Assembly (NCBI RefSeq): GCF_001194135.2
Contig: NC_068983.1
Location: 16,214,823-16,278,822 of the forward strand
From: Octopus bimaculoides
Lineage: Eukaryota
Reading direction: 5' to 3'
DNA: 64,000 bases
Shown: piece by piece, positions 27,139 through 39,963 of the stretch
How the letters are laid out: each line of letters starts with the position of its first letter
How positions within the stretch are numbered: position 1 is the first letter of the stretch
Translations under genes and position numbers: made by a program
Notes under the pieces: generated by a model
What the model saw: the letters and a program-made list of their open reading frames with translations, nothing else
Told to the model about the DNA's origin: nothing
The model's database searches: none

Positions 27139-27339
27139 TTGTGTGTCTGTGTTTGTCCCCCCACCATCGCTTGACAACCGATGCTGGTGTGTTTAAGTCC
27201 CTGTAACTTAGCGGTTCGGCAAAATAGACCGATAGAATAAGTACTAGGCTTACAAAGAATAAGTCCTGGGGTCGATTTGCTCGACTAAAGGCGGTACTCC
27301 AGCATGGCCACAGTCAAATGACTGAAACAAGTAAAAGAG
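26931..27339 (+). mobile_element. tRNA-derived SINE, family C (CORE-like block, internal (TA)n(GT)n), near full length
   Basis: Head TGGCTGTGTGGTAAG (A-box-like) and GGTTCAGTCTC (B-box-like), CORE-like CCTTGGGCAAGTG, and tail ...CCAGCATGGCCACAGTCAAATGACTGAAACAAGTAAAAGAG. Related copies lie at about 28130(+), 28950(-), 29690(-), 50450(+), 54210(+), 57270(-), 62192(+) and 22880(-), with a tail at 13920(-). Confidence 0.8.
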
Positions 27340-28949
27340 TTTATCTCTGACATGAACATTTTAACTTTTTTTGTAAGATGATTTGTGCATGAATCTGTAT
27401 GTCATCAGCAGAACACAGCTGGTTTGCAATGTGGCCAAATGAATATTGTCTTCTTGATACATTATTGTTATTACTATTGTGTTATACCATACAGTATGCC
27501 AGCTTTGACTATTCCATCTTTTTACAGACCTATCTCAGATTAGATCATCCTATATGACCCTCCATCTGATTGTAGGGAATTTGTAATTCATCTGTCAAGA
27601 AAGCCAACTCTAGCTACAAAAGTATTCAAATTGAGAGAGTTATACCAGGGGCATGAACTATTGTGTGGAACAAAAACAGCTAGGAAATTAGAATATAAAA
27701 ACAGATGGAATGGACTATGTATAAAAAAAAAAAAACAGCCTTTAGTAGCAACTGGGTAGACCAGTGTTTCTCAAACTTTAACTATTGTCTCTTTTATTTT
27801 ACTAATGCTTTCTCAATACCCCTCTTGCTACATCACCACCATTATTGTTTTAATGTCCACTTTTCTATATGCTTGCATGGGTCAGACAAAATTCATTAAA
27901 GTAGATTTTCTACAGACAAATGCCCCTCCCGGCACTATCCTTATTTGTAATAATTACCCATGATCGAACGAATTTTCATGTAAGAAAGGAAACAGACGAC
28001 ACTGCTTACATGACGGTGACACTCATTTACAACTAGAGTGATATGTTAAGACAAAGAGACACACACAATACAGATATAGATAGATAGATAGATAGAGAGA
28101 GAGGACACGGATGCACACATTCATATATGTGGCTTGACTGTGTGGATAAGAAATTTCCTTCAAATCACATGGCTTTAGGTACAGTCCTACTGAGCAGCAC
28201 GTCAGTCAAATATCTTCTACTTTAGCCCCAGGCTGAACAATGCTATGTGATTGAATTTGCCAGATGGAAACTGTACAAAGCTTGTCATACACGTGTGTGT
28301 GTGTTCTTTTGTGAATGTTTATATCACATGAAAAATCCCCGAGCTACAGTTGATGTTGTCTGTTGCAATTTCTCTGTCAATAAACTATTCACAACTCAGT
28401 GCTTTTAAAGATGTATGGAAAAATTTTTTTTAAATTCTTGTTCTTTAACTCATGTTTTTAAATTGTAAAACACTATGCCTAATGGTCTTGCAAGTTTGAA
28501 ATGATTAAACTCTCTCTCTCACAAGATTCTAATAAAACTGAAATATGTCCATTACTATCACTCTCCCGTCAACAAAGATCATATTTTTACCTAAAGTATG
28601 AAAATTTATAATTTTCTATGAAATTAAATAATTAATTTCTTGAAATTATCTCCCCTCTTTTTGACAGTCATTAACAATTACTACTAAGTTTTTCTTTTCT
28701 TTCTTTAATTAAGAGGGAAATTCCAGTTATTTGAAGTCATTCATTGCATTAAGAGGGGCAACCAGCCATAGAAACCATGCCAAATCAGATTGGAACCTTG
28801 TGCAGCTCTCCAGCTTACTAGTTTCAGTCAAACTGTCTAACCCATGCCAGCATGAGCATGAAAAGCAGACACTAAAAGACGATGATTCTTGTAAACATCA
28901 TTCTGTACATCAACATCTACCTGATTTATTTAAATTTATACCACTGAGT

Positions 28950-29105
28950 TACACACACACACATGGTAGGCTTCTTTTAGCTTCCAGTGACCCAATCCAC
29001 TCGCAAGGCTTTGGTTGGCCTGGGACTAGAGTAGAAAACACTTGCTTTAGGTACCACACAGAGGGACTAAACCTAAAACCAAGTGGTTGGGAAGCAAACA
29101 TCTGA
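28950..29105 (-). mobile_element. SINE family C 5' part, inverted relative to the 26931 copy
   Basis: Reverse complement reads CTGTGTGGTACC..AAGCAAGTGTTTTCTAC..CCAAAGCCTTGCGAGTGGATT. Confidence 0.75.
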
Positions 29106-29874
29106 CCCACACAACTGTTCATATACATCATCATCATCATCATTTTATATCTGTTTTCCATGCTGGTGTGAGCCTGACAGCTCGACAATATCCAAATCAG
29201 TTCTTATTGAAGTTATAGCTCCCCTAGACAGGTTGGAGGACCACATCTTGCTCAGATGTCAGAGTTTTGTCATGGTTTCTGCAGCTGGATGACCTTCCTA
29301 ACAAAATAACTTTACAGAGTGTACATGGAGGTGGGGGGAGTGCTTTTTTTTCTGTAGCACCAACACTAAAGAAGTTGTCATGTCCTTGGCAAGAATAAAG
29401 AGCTTTTTTTTTTTTTTGATTTGGTGCTGTCTGTTTGATTTGCCTTATTCATGTTTTTTTTTAACAGTTTTTTAAAAACATTTAATTTAATGTCTGATTA
29501 CAGCAACTAAGACCTTTACAAGGCTTCCAAGACTGATAGGAGAAAAGGGGCAGAAGAAAGCACAACTGATGAGTCACGACAGTAGAAGGCTGGCCTGAAT
29601 ACTTGCAACAAAAGAACCTTAGGGAGCAGGCAGTGATGGTAAAGAAGATGACAGACTATGGCTATAACACCCTAAAATAGGAGCAAACTGCCACAGTTTC
29701 CCTCTAATTTTACTCACAAGGTTTGGGTGAACCTGAGGTTAGGTTAGAGACACTTAGTCAAAAGAGCTGCGCAATACAGTTGAGTCTAAAACCACATGTT
29801 TGTGAAGCCCTTAATGAAATAGCATAACCTGACTTACAGAAGGAAGATAGGATAAATAAAAGAATATGAAATAC

Positions 29875-29958
29875 CTTGGTGGCGCATCATGTGCACTTTT
29901 AACTGGCTATTGGTGCGTGCATAGTAATCACAGAATTTACACTTGTATGGCCGGATAT
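29875..29958 (-). CDS. Zinc-finger gene exon carrying ZF10 (not in ORF track)
   Basis: Acceptor CTGTACTTTCAG|AT and donor CAAG|GTATTT; 84 nt, phase 1/1. Encodes DIRPYKCKFCDYYARTNSQLKVHMMRHQ, giving an H-E-D-I-R-P-Y linker with the ZF9 exon. Confidence 0.92.
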
Positions 29959-30121
29959 CTGAAAGTACAGTGAAGTTATTTGAATGTTAGGTGGTTAATG
30001 GGCAGAAATGATACAGTATTGGCGCTGCTTCAGTGGTAGCAAGATGAAACAACAAACTGATCAGGCATGAAAGTTAAATCACATATTAACTGTACATGAT
30101 AATTCCAGACCTCTACATCAA

Positions 30122-30158
<37 letters not shown>

Positions 30159-30509
30159 CGTGCGTGTGAGATTCAGTTTTAATGGTGAAATTTTTCAAGT
30201 AAGAAGTCACTTTTAATATTAAATATATGTCTCATTGTCATTGTTTTAATGTCCACTCTTTCATGTTTACATGGATCAGAAGGAATTCTTTGAGGCAGAT
30301 ATTCTATGGCTAGATGTCCTTCTTTTCACCAATCCTCACCTTTTTCTAAGTAAGGCAATATTTTCCCATGGCTGAACATGTTTTTTTTTTCTAGAAGACT
30401 GGATGGCAAACATGACAGTGGTACACATTTACAACTATCACATAATGTCAAGACATGAGACACAAATATAAACATACACATGTGTGTGTGTGTGTGTGTA
30501 TATATATGT

Positions 30510-30845
30510 GCACATGGCTGAGTGGTCAGAGTGTCAGGCTCACAATCATGAGGTGGTGAGTTCGATTCCTGGACTGGGCTGTGTATTGTGTTCTTGAGCT
30601 AGACATTTTACTTCACGTTGCTCCAGTTCACTCAGCTGTAGAAATGAGTTGCGACGTCACTGGTGCCAAGCTGTATCGGCCTTTGCCTTTCCCTTGGATA
30701 ATATCTTTGGTGTGAAGTGAGGAGGCTGATATGCATGGGTGACTACTGGTCTTTCATAAACAACCGTGTCCGAACTTGTACTTTGGAGAGTAACTTTCTA
30801 GGTGCAATCCCATGGTCAGTCATGACTGAAAGGGGTCTTTACCCT
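30510..30845 (+). mobile_element. tRNA-derived SINE, family D
   Basis: A box TGGCTGAGTGG and B box GTTCGATTCC, followed by GCTCCAGTTCACTCAGCTGTAGAAATGAG. Related copies lie at about 47818-47990(+), 31850(+), 38930(+), 44540(+), 55490-55645(-) and 39380(-). Confidence 0.8.
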
Positions 30846-30927
30846 TTAATATATATATATAAATACACACACACACACACACTTAATGATCTTCTTTCAG
30901 TTTCTGTCTGAAGTGGTGTGGCAATAT

Positions 30928-30972
<45 letters not shown>

Positions 30973-33900
30973 TGTCAGGTGGGAGGTAAGAAAGCATGCA
31001 TGCGAGGGGTGTATAAGCATGTATGCGTGTGAGGGAGAAAAAAAAGAAAGATATTGGTGAAGCAAAAATGGTAGCAAAAAGAACGTGGAGGGTATGATTG
31101 GAGTTATGCAAGCATATGACAAAATCACACATGATTGTGAAACATTTTAAGAAGGAAGAATGATTTAAATTAAAATATGAAAAAGAGAGAGAATGAGAGA
31201 AAAAGAGAGAATATATATGAGTTCTGTGGAGAGAAGAAACATAACAGAAAAAGGTAAAAAGAATTACAAAATGAAGAATTTGAGTGTTCAAAGGATAGTG
31301 AAAAGGTTAGATGTATGCACGTGTATGCATGTGTGTATGTGTGTGTACATGCATATATATAATATGTGTTTTTTGTTCCAGAATAAGCATACCACATTTC
31401 CACAAGTAGTAAATGGCAATGTGAAGTGTTGGCAACAGGGAGGGCATCCAGCTGTGCAATGCTACCTTAGAGAACCTGTTTAACCTATGCCACATGAAAA
31501 AGCAGAATTAAGATAATGATGATGATGATGATGATATGCACAGGTATCAATATAGTGATAGACACAAAAGCTAAGAGACAAATTGCAGATTTCTTGAATA
31601 AATTGTAAAGTTAACAATACTGAACTTCAGTTTGCTCCATACTGATTGTAAAAATAAATAATATAAATAAATGTATACATGCAATTAATTATTTAGAATA
31701 TATATATATATATATATATATGAATGTATAAATTTGCAGCCTGGCTGTGAAAAATGCACCAAGTAAATAGGCCCCAGAGTCTTCAGTAAAGATTCTGTGA
31801 TCTATTCAAAGGTTTCATTTCAACAGCAAGACTGCATGTATGCTTGTGATGGCACATGCACTAGTGGTTAGGGATGTTGGGCTCATTGTCATCAGATCAT
31901 TGTTTCAATTCCTGGACTGAGCAGTGAGTTGTGTCTCTTGATTAAGGCATTTTCTCAATAAAGTAGTCTATTTGACTGCAAATGAGTACCAGCTGAGTGA
32001 AGGTGCATCCCTTCTCCCTCCAGTTTTCCAAGCCTCAGTTTTTCACTGGAGCATGGGTGGGAGGACTGAGAGGATGTCTATGTCAGCTTCAGACCATGCA
32101 GGCACCTAAAACAATAAGCAAAAGCATACTTGGTTGCCAGTGATGGCTATAGTTTGGTTATAATTTCATATATGCACTAACTATAGTGTATCTTGTGGAG
32201 TATGTCTCGTTATTGAGTATGTATGCTCCTATGAAGCTAATTTTATGTTGAGCAATTTGAGGCGGTCCCCCACCGCCCTGTTAAGATACTGTCATTCAGT
32301 GGGGGTGTAAAGCACATTTGCCTGTCTGCTTTTGGTAATCTTATGATCAACCCTTGTGACAAATGGGCACAGAAATTCTGTCTTTCACACTGCCTGGAGA
32401 GAGAGATATGGTTTGCAAAACACAGTTTTTCAGCAGAAGACTTGCTACTGATGTAAGATTATGTGTGTTTCTTTTACATTGTGTATCAGGGGCTAACTGT
32501 TTCCATCTATTCTTTTCCGGATTAAATTTGTGTCATGACTCCAAATAACTCATAAATTTATGAATACTTTTTGAGCACAACTGGCAGAGAATATCTTGCA
32601 AAGACTAATTGTATGTGTGTTTGTGTGTGTAGAGAGAGAGAGACAGATAGACAGACAAAGAGAGAGAGAATGAAAATAAGTCAATATGTCCAATTTGTTC
32701 AACAATCAGTAGAGATAGTGGTGGAGAAGATTTGATCCAGTCCATTCACTTTGAACATATGATTGTCTTCCTAGACTGCTGAAAAACCAGGTGATCTACT
32801 TTCACAATGGGACTAAATACAAAAAGATATGACCAATGTATATATATTTGTAGATACATAGTCTTAGTGCTGCTTAGTGCAGTGCATATCATCGGTGTCA
32901 TCATTGTTTAGCCTTAAGTCAACCTTAGGTAAGTAGAGTAATGATCAAAAATGTTCCAGCAGCAACCATCCTGTCTTTAATTTCAGACATGATGTATCTG
33001 GAATCACGTCATCCAATATGTCGTTCCACTTTTAAGATGATAGGGTGTGAGTTGAAAGGGGTTATGGCAGCTATTTGTGGCATGTAGAGATGGCCTTGCT
33101 GTCTCAAGTGAGCATCATAGTAGTGAAAAGTCATGATGTAAAAGTGAGAAGTTTGATAACAGATAAAAAAAAATCAGAACAGAACAGCATTTGTCACTGT
33201 CACAGAAATAAAATCTTTCATTTCTACAATGTTGGCAGGTAAACTGTCCCCACCTACCCGACCAAAACCCATTTTAGTTGCAAGTGCAATGTGATAATAG
33301 GTATACTGTATCTCTATAGATTGTAAGAGTTAACTAAAAAGGTTTAACATCAGAAAGGGAATCAGGCTATAAAACACTGCCTATTGGAGTGTGACCACAA
33401 TGTGAGATTTAATTTGGGTGTAACCATAATGTAATAATCATATATTGACTTCATTGTTATCCTGGTTTTCATCAGACAGTGGTTAAAAATCCCATGGGTT
33501 AACATCATCATTGTCATCATCCTCATCATCATTTTTGTTTGCTTTTCGAAGATGGTTAGACAGAAATTTTTGGAGCAGTGTTTATACAGCAAAATGCCCT
33601 ACCTCATGTGACTCCTTTAAGTCGCCCCTTACCACACAGAGATAAAATGTACTTATTCTAAAAACCACAATATACATGATATAATTTGGAGCTAAAAGTA
33701 TTGATCCGCAGCAGTTTTTTTTGTATTTTTTTTCCCTGACTGGTATGAATAGTAAAAATAAGCTGGCATAAATATATAATGATGTGGAGATTTACTAGAC
33801 ATTTAGCATCAACTGAACAATTAATGTCACAACATCTTTGTTTCTGATTAAACACTTATTCAGAAATTACAGTGTCCTCTAATACATCATGATAAACAAT

Positions 33901-34066
33901 ATATACTACCCCAATAGTTTACAGAACTAAACTGTTAATCTGATATACTTTTATAAATTGGAATAAATGATCTTAATGCATTTTATTAATTAATCTATGA
34001 AGGAAAGGAGCTTTTGTGTGTATCAAAATGTTGGGTGGTTATGACGGGTTTGCATGGTTGATGTTT

Positions 34067-34337
34067 TGGCTCTTGTGCGGGCGGCACATAAAATACACCA
34101 TTTTGAGCGTGGCCGTTGCCAGTACCGTCTGACTGGCCCTCGTGCGGGTGACACGTAAAAGCACCCACTACACTCTCTGAGTGGTTGGTGTTAGGAAGGG
34201 CATCCAGCTGTAGAAACTCTGCCAAATCAGATTGGAGCCTGGTGTTGTCATCCGGTTTCACCAGTCCTCAGTCAAATCGTCCAACCCATGCTAGCATGGA
34301 AAGCGGACGTTAAATGATGATGATGATGATGATGATC
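34067..34337 (+). mobile_element. Family B retroposon 3' segment with (GAT)n tail, GC-rich and young
   Basis: ...GTTAGGAAGGGCATCCAGCTGTAGAAACTCTGCC...AACCCATGCTAGCATGGAAAGCGGACGTTAAATGATGATGAT. Near-identical copies lie at 49500-49733 and 56560-56820. Confidence 0.85.
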
Positions 34338-34662
34338 ACTGTTTGGTGAGTCATGGATGGATTTCACGCTATGATGGAAGAAAGTAAAAGCAGTTAAGGA
34401 ATGTATTTCTAAAGAGTAAGGATTGGGTAAAGAAGTGTCACATGTAGGGATAAGTAGACAAAGAGAAATAATGAAACCAGCAGTAACTGGGAGATGAAAT
34501 CAGAATGAAACAGCACAACATCACAGCTTATATTGTTTTTAAAGGATTAAGTCAAGGAAGTCTATTTATATGTATCTGTGTCACATACCCATGCTAAGAG
34601 ATGTGTGTGTATGTGTCATACACTTGCTGATATGTATATATGCTACACAGCTTTGTTATTAA

Positions 34663-34882
34663 CCCTTTAGCATTTAAACCGGCCATATGCGGCCAAAATA
34701 TTCTACCTGCTTTAGGTTCAAACAGGCCAGATCTTTCCTCTCACACCTACCCAACAATGTCATTCTAAAAATAAACAGTTATAACATCAAAATCTCAAAA
34801 ATACAAGATAATCCAGGATTAATTTCAAGTAATGTAAATAAATAAGCATTTCATTTGACAAAATAATCTGAATGCTAAAGGG
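34663..34882 (+). mobile_element. piggyBac-type MITE, best-preserved copy (220 bp)
   Basis: TTAA|CCCTTTAGCATT ... AATGCTAAAGGG|TTAA: perfect 12-bp TIR with a TTAA target duplication. Confidence 0.85.
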
Positions 34883-35899
34883 TTAATAAAAAACATGTAT
34901 GTGTGTATTTATGTCACACCTTTGCTATTAAAGGAATGTGTATATGTACGTGATGCACCTTCGCTAAAAATGTAATGTATGTATGTCACACACCTTTACT
35001 GTTATTCTAAAATAAAAATACAATACAAAATAGAATTTAAAGGTATTTTATATTTTAAATTACAAAAACGGAAATGTCAACAGGAATTTCAAACTAATTT
35101 TTTTGATTTGATTTTCACGCTAAATTAGTTTCATGCATATCAAAGGATACAAGTTCATCAAAGGTCAGACAATAAGCATACTTAACATGCATTACAACGA
35201 TAAACTTTGGCCATTGCTTTTCTTTTCTACTTAGCTAAATTTTACAATCTCCTTTCTCCAATCCCAAGCAAATTACTTTGGAATGAACTGGTTTACTAAT
35301 TGCTTTCTTGTCTTTTGATCACATCCAACAGACACACAGCACTGAGATATATATACACATCCAGACACCTCCCCACTAAATTAAGCATTCAATAAATAAC
35401 CAAAATCCCATTTTGAAGTAACATGCACAAAAACAAGCATAAATAGACACACACACACACCTCTGCCCCCCACACAAAGAGTCAATGTAATATGTATTTG
35501 CATCACCTTTTACTTCTATATTTTTAGTGTCTTATTGTTAATGCCATTGGCTAAATTAATTCATTTGAGAGATGATAGCAAAGCATTATGGTTAAATCAA
35601 CATCAATCTACTGCATATTCTAACACATTTGATACCTACCTGTCTGAGACCAGCTCTTGTCTTATAATACAAATTTCGTATTGAAGTGATCTTGATTAAA
35701 ACCTTTTGTCAAAATTCACACTCATTTATGTGCCAAACACTATCTTAATAACAAAGTTATTTCAAGAAAGTCTTCATTATTTTCAAAATTAATTGCAACA
35801 GAATCAGTGTATTTCAGCAGAAATACAGTAACAAAAGGGTTAAAGTCAATAAACTCAATGGACTGGCAGACGTGTGTGTTAATCAAAGACACCTTGTAG

Positions 35900-36070
35900 T
35901 ATTTAATTATGGCCTTTCATTATGCAAGTTCAAACTTTATTGAGGTCAATCATGTCTTTCATCTATTCAGAGACAATAAAATAACGTACCAGTCGAGTAC
36001 TTGGGTGGATTTAATTGACTATACCTGTCCCACTACAAGCAATTTGTATCCTGCTGCCAATGTTAGAAAT
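35900..36070 (+). mobile_element. Diverged family A SINE; the only plus-orientation copy I noticed
   Basis: GTTCAAACTTTATTGAGGTCAATCATGTCTTTCATC..AATAAAATAACGTACCAG. Confidence 0.55.
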
Positions 36071-37281
36071 GAATAATTACTTCACTTCCTATCACCAGAG
36101 ATATTTATCAGTGATCATCCCTATTGATTTTTATGAGATAGGAGATTTGTGGCATTCATGCTGTTTCTGAGCACAATGGTAGTACAAGTGAGCAAAATAT
36201 AATAAAGAATTGAAACTGTATTACAGATATAGGGACTTACCTGTAGCTCAATGGTACTCGGCTTACACATGTTTGAACACACACTTTCATGCATAAACAC
36301 ACACACGTTATCATGCACAAGAATGCATGCACATGATCAAATACACATCCTGAAGCACACATAGATACACACACATCCTGTAGAAGAGATGGTGTTATTT
36401 TAAGGTCACCAGTTTTAAGAACAGTGGATGTGTGATGTGATTATATAAAAGGCAGAAAAAGAAGAGGCACCTTGAAGTAAATACTGCATGCTAGTACTTG
36501 AACAGTTTCTCATCAGCAACAACAAAAAGATACATCTGGCAATTAAACAGTTGATCAAGAAAAGAAGAGAGAGAGAGAGAGAGAGAGAGAGAATAGTTTC
36601 CATGCTTACATTTTAGCAACTGGATCTAGTGATCAACACAAATGCAATATTTCAAAAGAGCATTTGTCAAAAGAAAGCCAAATAATAAAATAAATGAAAC
36701 AGTCATAATCATAATGACAACAATAACAATAACAAAAAAAGCCCCTCCCCCACCCAAATTACTACTATAAAAAATTTAGAGTCAATTATTATTGGTTTTT
36801 TTTTCTTGTTCTTTTAGTTGAGAAATATTGACATCTTTTGACTAGGCACAAATGCCCTTAAATAGACATTAAAATTTTTTTTTTTTTAAATTCACAATAA
36901 AGTCTGTAAGTACACTCAAACAAAGTGGGTACTTCCATAAGAGTATGGGCTTGTAGACAAAGTTAATTTTTTTGCACAACTAACTGCAATGGCAGAGAAA
37001 TAAAAACCAAAGAAAGAATTAAAGAATCCTCATCTTACATACAAACTCGCAAGCATAAAACAAAAAACACATATACATGCGTTTATATAGACATACATAA
37101 TTAAGTCTAAATTTTATCTGCAACATCACATAAAATGAATATATATATATATATAGATAGATGGATAGATATGTATATCTCTACATACAAATATATATAC
37201 ATATATATATATACATATATATAAAAATTAAAATTGAATTTTTTTTTTTTTGTTAAAAAAGAAGCCAGATGAAACCCTCAC

Positions 37282-37374
37282 CCGTTTTAGGAACTTGTTT
37301 TGTTACATCTAGGGCATATGTATATCCTTCCAAGGTCATCTCCCCTTGTCTGTTCTGAATCGCACCAGTCTCAA
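37282..37374 (-). CDS. Candidate in-frame cassette exon of the zinc-finger gene (31 codons, VETGAIQNRQGEMTLEGYTYALDVTKQVPKT)
   Basis: Acceptor CATCTTTTTTCACTTGTCAG|TT and donor ACGG|GTGAGG. It is 93 nt, phase 1/1 like its flanking introns, with no stop in frame. No transcript evidence is available. Confidence 0.45.
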
Positions 37375-38496
37375 CTGACAAGTGAAAAAAGATGGGACGC
37401 TGTGATGTACTTGAGCAAGAGAAACAGCCCACCACCCCATACACATACAAAAGAAGTTAAGAATAACAAGTGTTTAAAAGTCAAAGAGCGCTCCCACTTT
37501 CTGCTCACAAACAAAGATGACTATGAATGCATATGTACAGACACTTATGATTTACAGGTTTATTTTCATTTAATGATGACAAGTACGTTTCTGAAATAAA
37601 AATATAAACCTTGGTTTTCTCTCTCTCTCTCTCTTACACATTTTAACACTTCTTCACTACACACCATGGAGTTCAGTTATCTTTTAAGATATCTGAATAT
37701 ATTTAGATTCAAAACATTTCTTGATTTTAATGAATCTTTAATTTATATCAGAAGTGGTCAGTTGTCCATATACTATCTATCTCTCTCTCTCTCACACAAA
37801 GTTTTTATGTTTAGTTATATATTAAAACAATATAACATTACACTGAAAAATTACCCAACACCTTTTAGTAGAGTAAATGTTTATTCAACTTTTACAAGAA
37901 GAGGGATGACCATGACTTCATAGCTTCAGCCTGCTAGCCTCCATCAAACTGTATTGTGTGTGTGTGTACATTTTACATCAATTTTTTCCAAGCTAGCATG
38001 GGCAAGGCAAATATACATGCAGTACTGCTTTTATAGCTTGATGCCCTTCCTGTGACTAACCCTTACCTATTTTTCAAGTAACAGAAATTCATACCACCCT
38101 TCATTCCGCAACTTTGAAGGCACAAAGTAGGAGCCGATTCATTGGCAGGGAAATATCAACAAACATCACTGTTTGTAGCTCTCTGTGACTTTTCATTGCT
38201 AAGTGCAGGCCATAAAAATTCACACATACACACCATGCACACATACATTTACTGCTTTCAGTCATTGGACTGCTGCTGGATTACAGCAGCAACACTACCT
38301 TTCCACTAACAACTTTAATAACAGATGCATTGTGTCTACTACCTAGTTCAAGTCCTGAGATGCTACATACATAGACAAACTTAAAGCAAAGTAATAGTAT
38401 TAGAACCCACAAACATCATACAACATTGTCACTAATTTGACAAACCAAATGTATGAACAGAGACTTGAGGCAGGTTGTACAATGAGAGTACAGTGG

Positions 38497-38498
<2 letters not shown>

Positions 38499-38587
<89 letters not shown>
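38499..38587. repeat. (AAT)n microsatellite, about 30 units
   Basis: Direct inspection. Confidence 0.95.
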
Positions 38588-39643
38588 TTTCTTTTGTAAT
38601 TATGCAACATGACAGAATTAATTACTAAGCTATTCCAATAATTTCAAATACATTTTAATACTGATTTCTCCACCCAGCTTTAGAATTCACCACAACCTAC
38701 CCCCAAACACCTATGTATAACAGCACTCATTCATCATTATTTCATTTATAAAAATAACAATCAATGAATAAATATTTGTTGGGTACAGCAAAAATACATG
38801 ATTTTTTTTTTAAAGTTTAAATTTCTCTAGTAATAGAGGAAGTTGAGATATTTGAATTGTTTCCATTTTATATTTCAGAAGTTGAAACTTGTAATGTCTG
38901 GTTATATCAAAACATATATCAATGGTTGTGAAGGCTTGTTGTCTAGTTGTTAGGCTGTTGGGCTAATGATGATCAAGTCATAGGTTCAATTTCTGGATTA
39001 GGTGGCATGTCGTGTCTTCAAGCGAAGTACTCCACTCAGCTGAAAATGGGCACCAACCTACTAATAGTGCAGCTCTCTCCCCTTCCAGATGTTTTGCAAG
39101 GTCAAGGATAGGAGACCATCATCATCGTTATCATCATTTAACATCTGTTTTCTATACTGGTATGGGTTGGACAACTTGACAGGAGCTGGCAAACCAAAAG
39201 ACTGCACCAGGCTTCACTTCGCAGAGTCTTTATGACTGGATGCCCTTCCTAATGCCATGAGGACTATTAGATGCAACCAAACTATTGGATGCTGTTATAC
39301 ACAACTGGTCATAATGCAATTTCTCACATTGTTGTTGCTTTTGAATGATAATACTCCACTGTTAGGTGGACAGCAAAATTACCCCTGAATAGCCGATCCA
39401 GGATCACCCATTTACAGCTAAGTAGACTGGAGCAATGTGAAATGAAGTGTTTTGTTCAACACAATGCACTAACAGACTACAAACTGAAACCACAAAGCCA
39501 TGCACCTACACTATGACTACATAGGTACCTAAAACAACTTGTGAAAGCATGATACATACTTGATTCTGAGTGATGACTACATAAATATAAGCAACTAATA
39601 TAGACAAGATCATTTCAGAATCTGCACCAAGCAACTGTAGATC

Positions 39644-39963
39644 AGTGGTTCCTAAATGTTGTGTCGCAGTGCATTAGTGCACCACAAGAGGAATTGAGGT
39701 GTGCTGCAGATTTTCCAAAAAAATAATTTAAAGCTTTAGAAAAAATTCATAACAACGTTTGAGCTTCTTGTAAAGCATGTTATTCCGAATTTTGTTATAA
39801 AGTATAATTAATGAAATAAGGTGAGCAAAAGTTTTCTCACATTTTTTTTTCTTAAAAATTTTTTCACTTCAAAATATTTTCGTAATCTTCCCTAAGTTTT
39901 ACCAGTCATTTTTGGTTTGATCTTCAGTCTACTACAAAATCTATAAGATTGAAAACCCACTGT
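39644..39963. mobile_element. Possible second hAT-type MITE
   Basis: CAGTGGTTCCTAAA at the left end and ATTGAAAACCCACTG at the right end; no convincing TSD. Confidence 0.4.

Noticed and set aside
30510-30580. tRNA gene (A and B boxes present)
   Set aside because: No complete cloverleaf. The head continues into a body shared with other dispersed copies, so it is a SINE head. The same applies to the family A and C heads.
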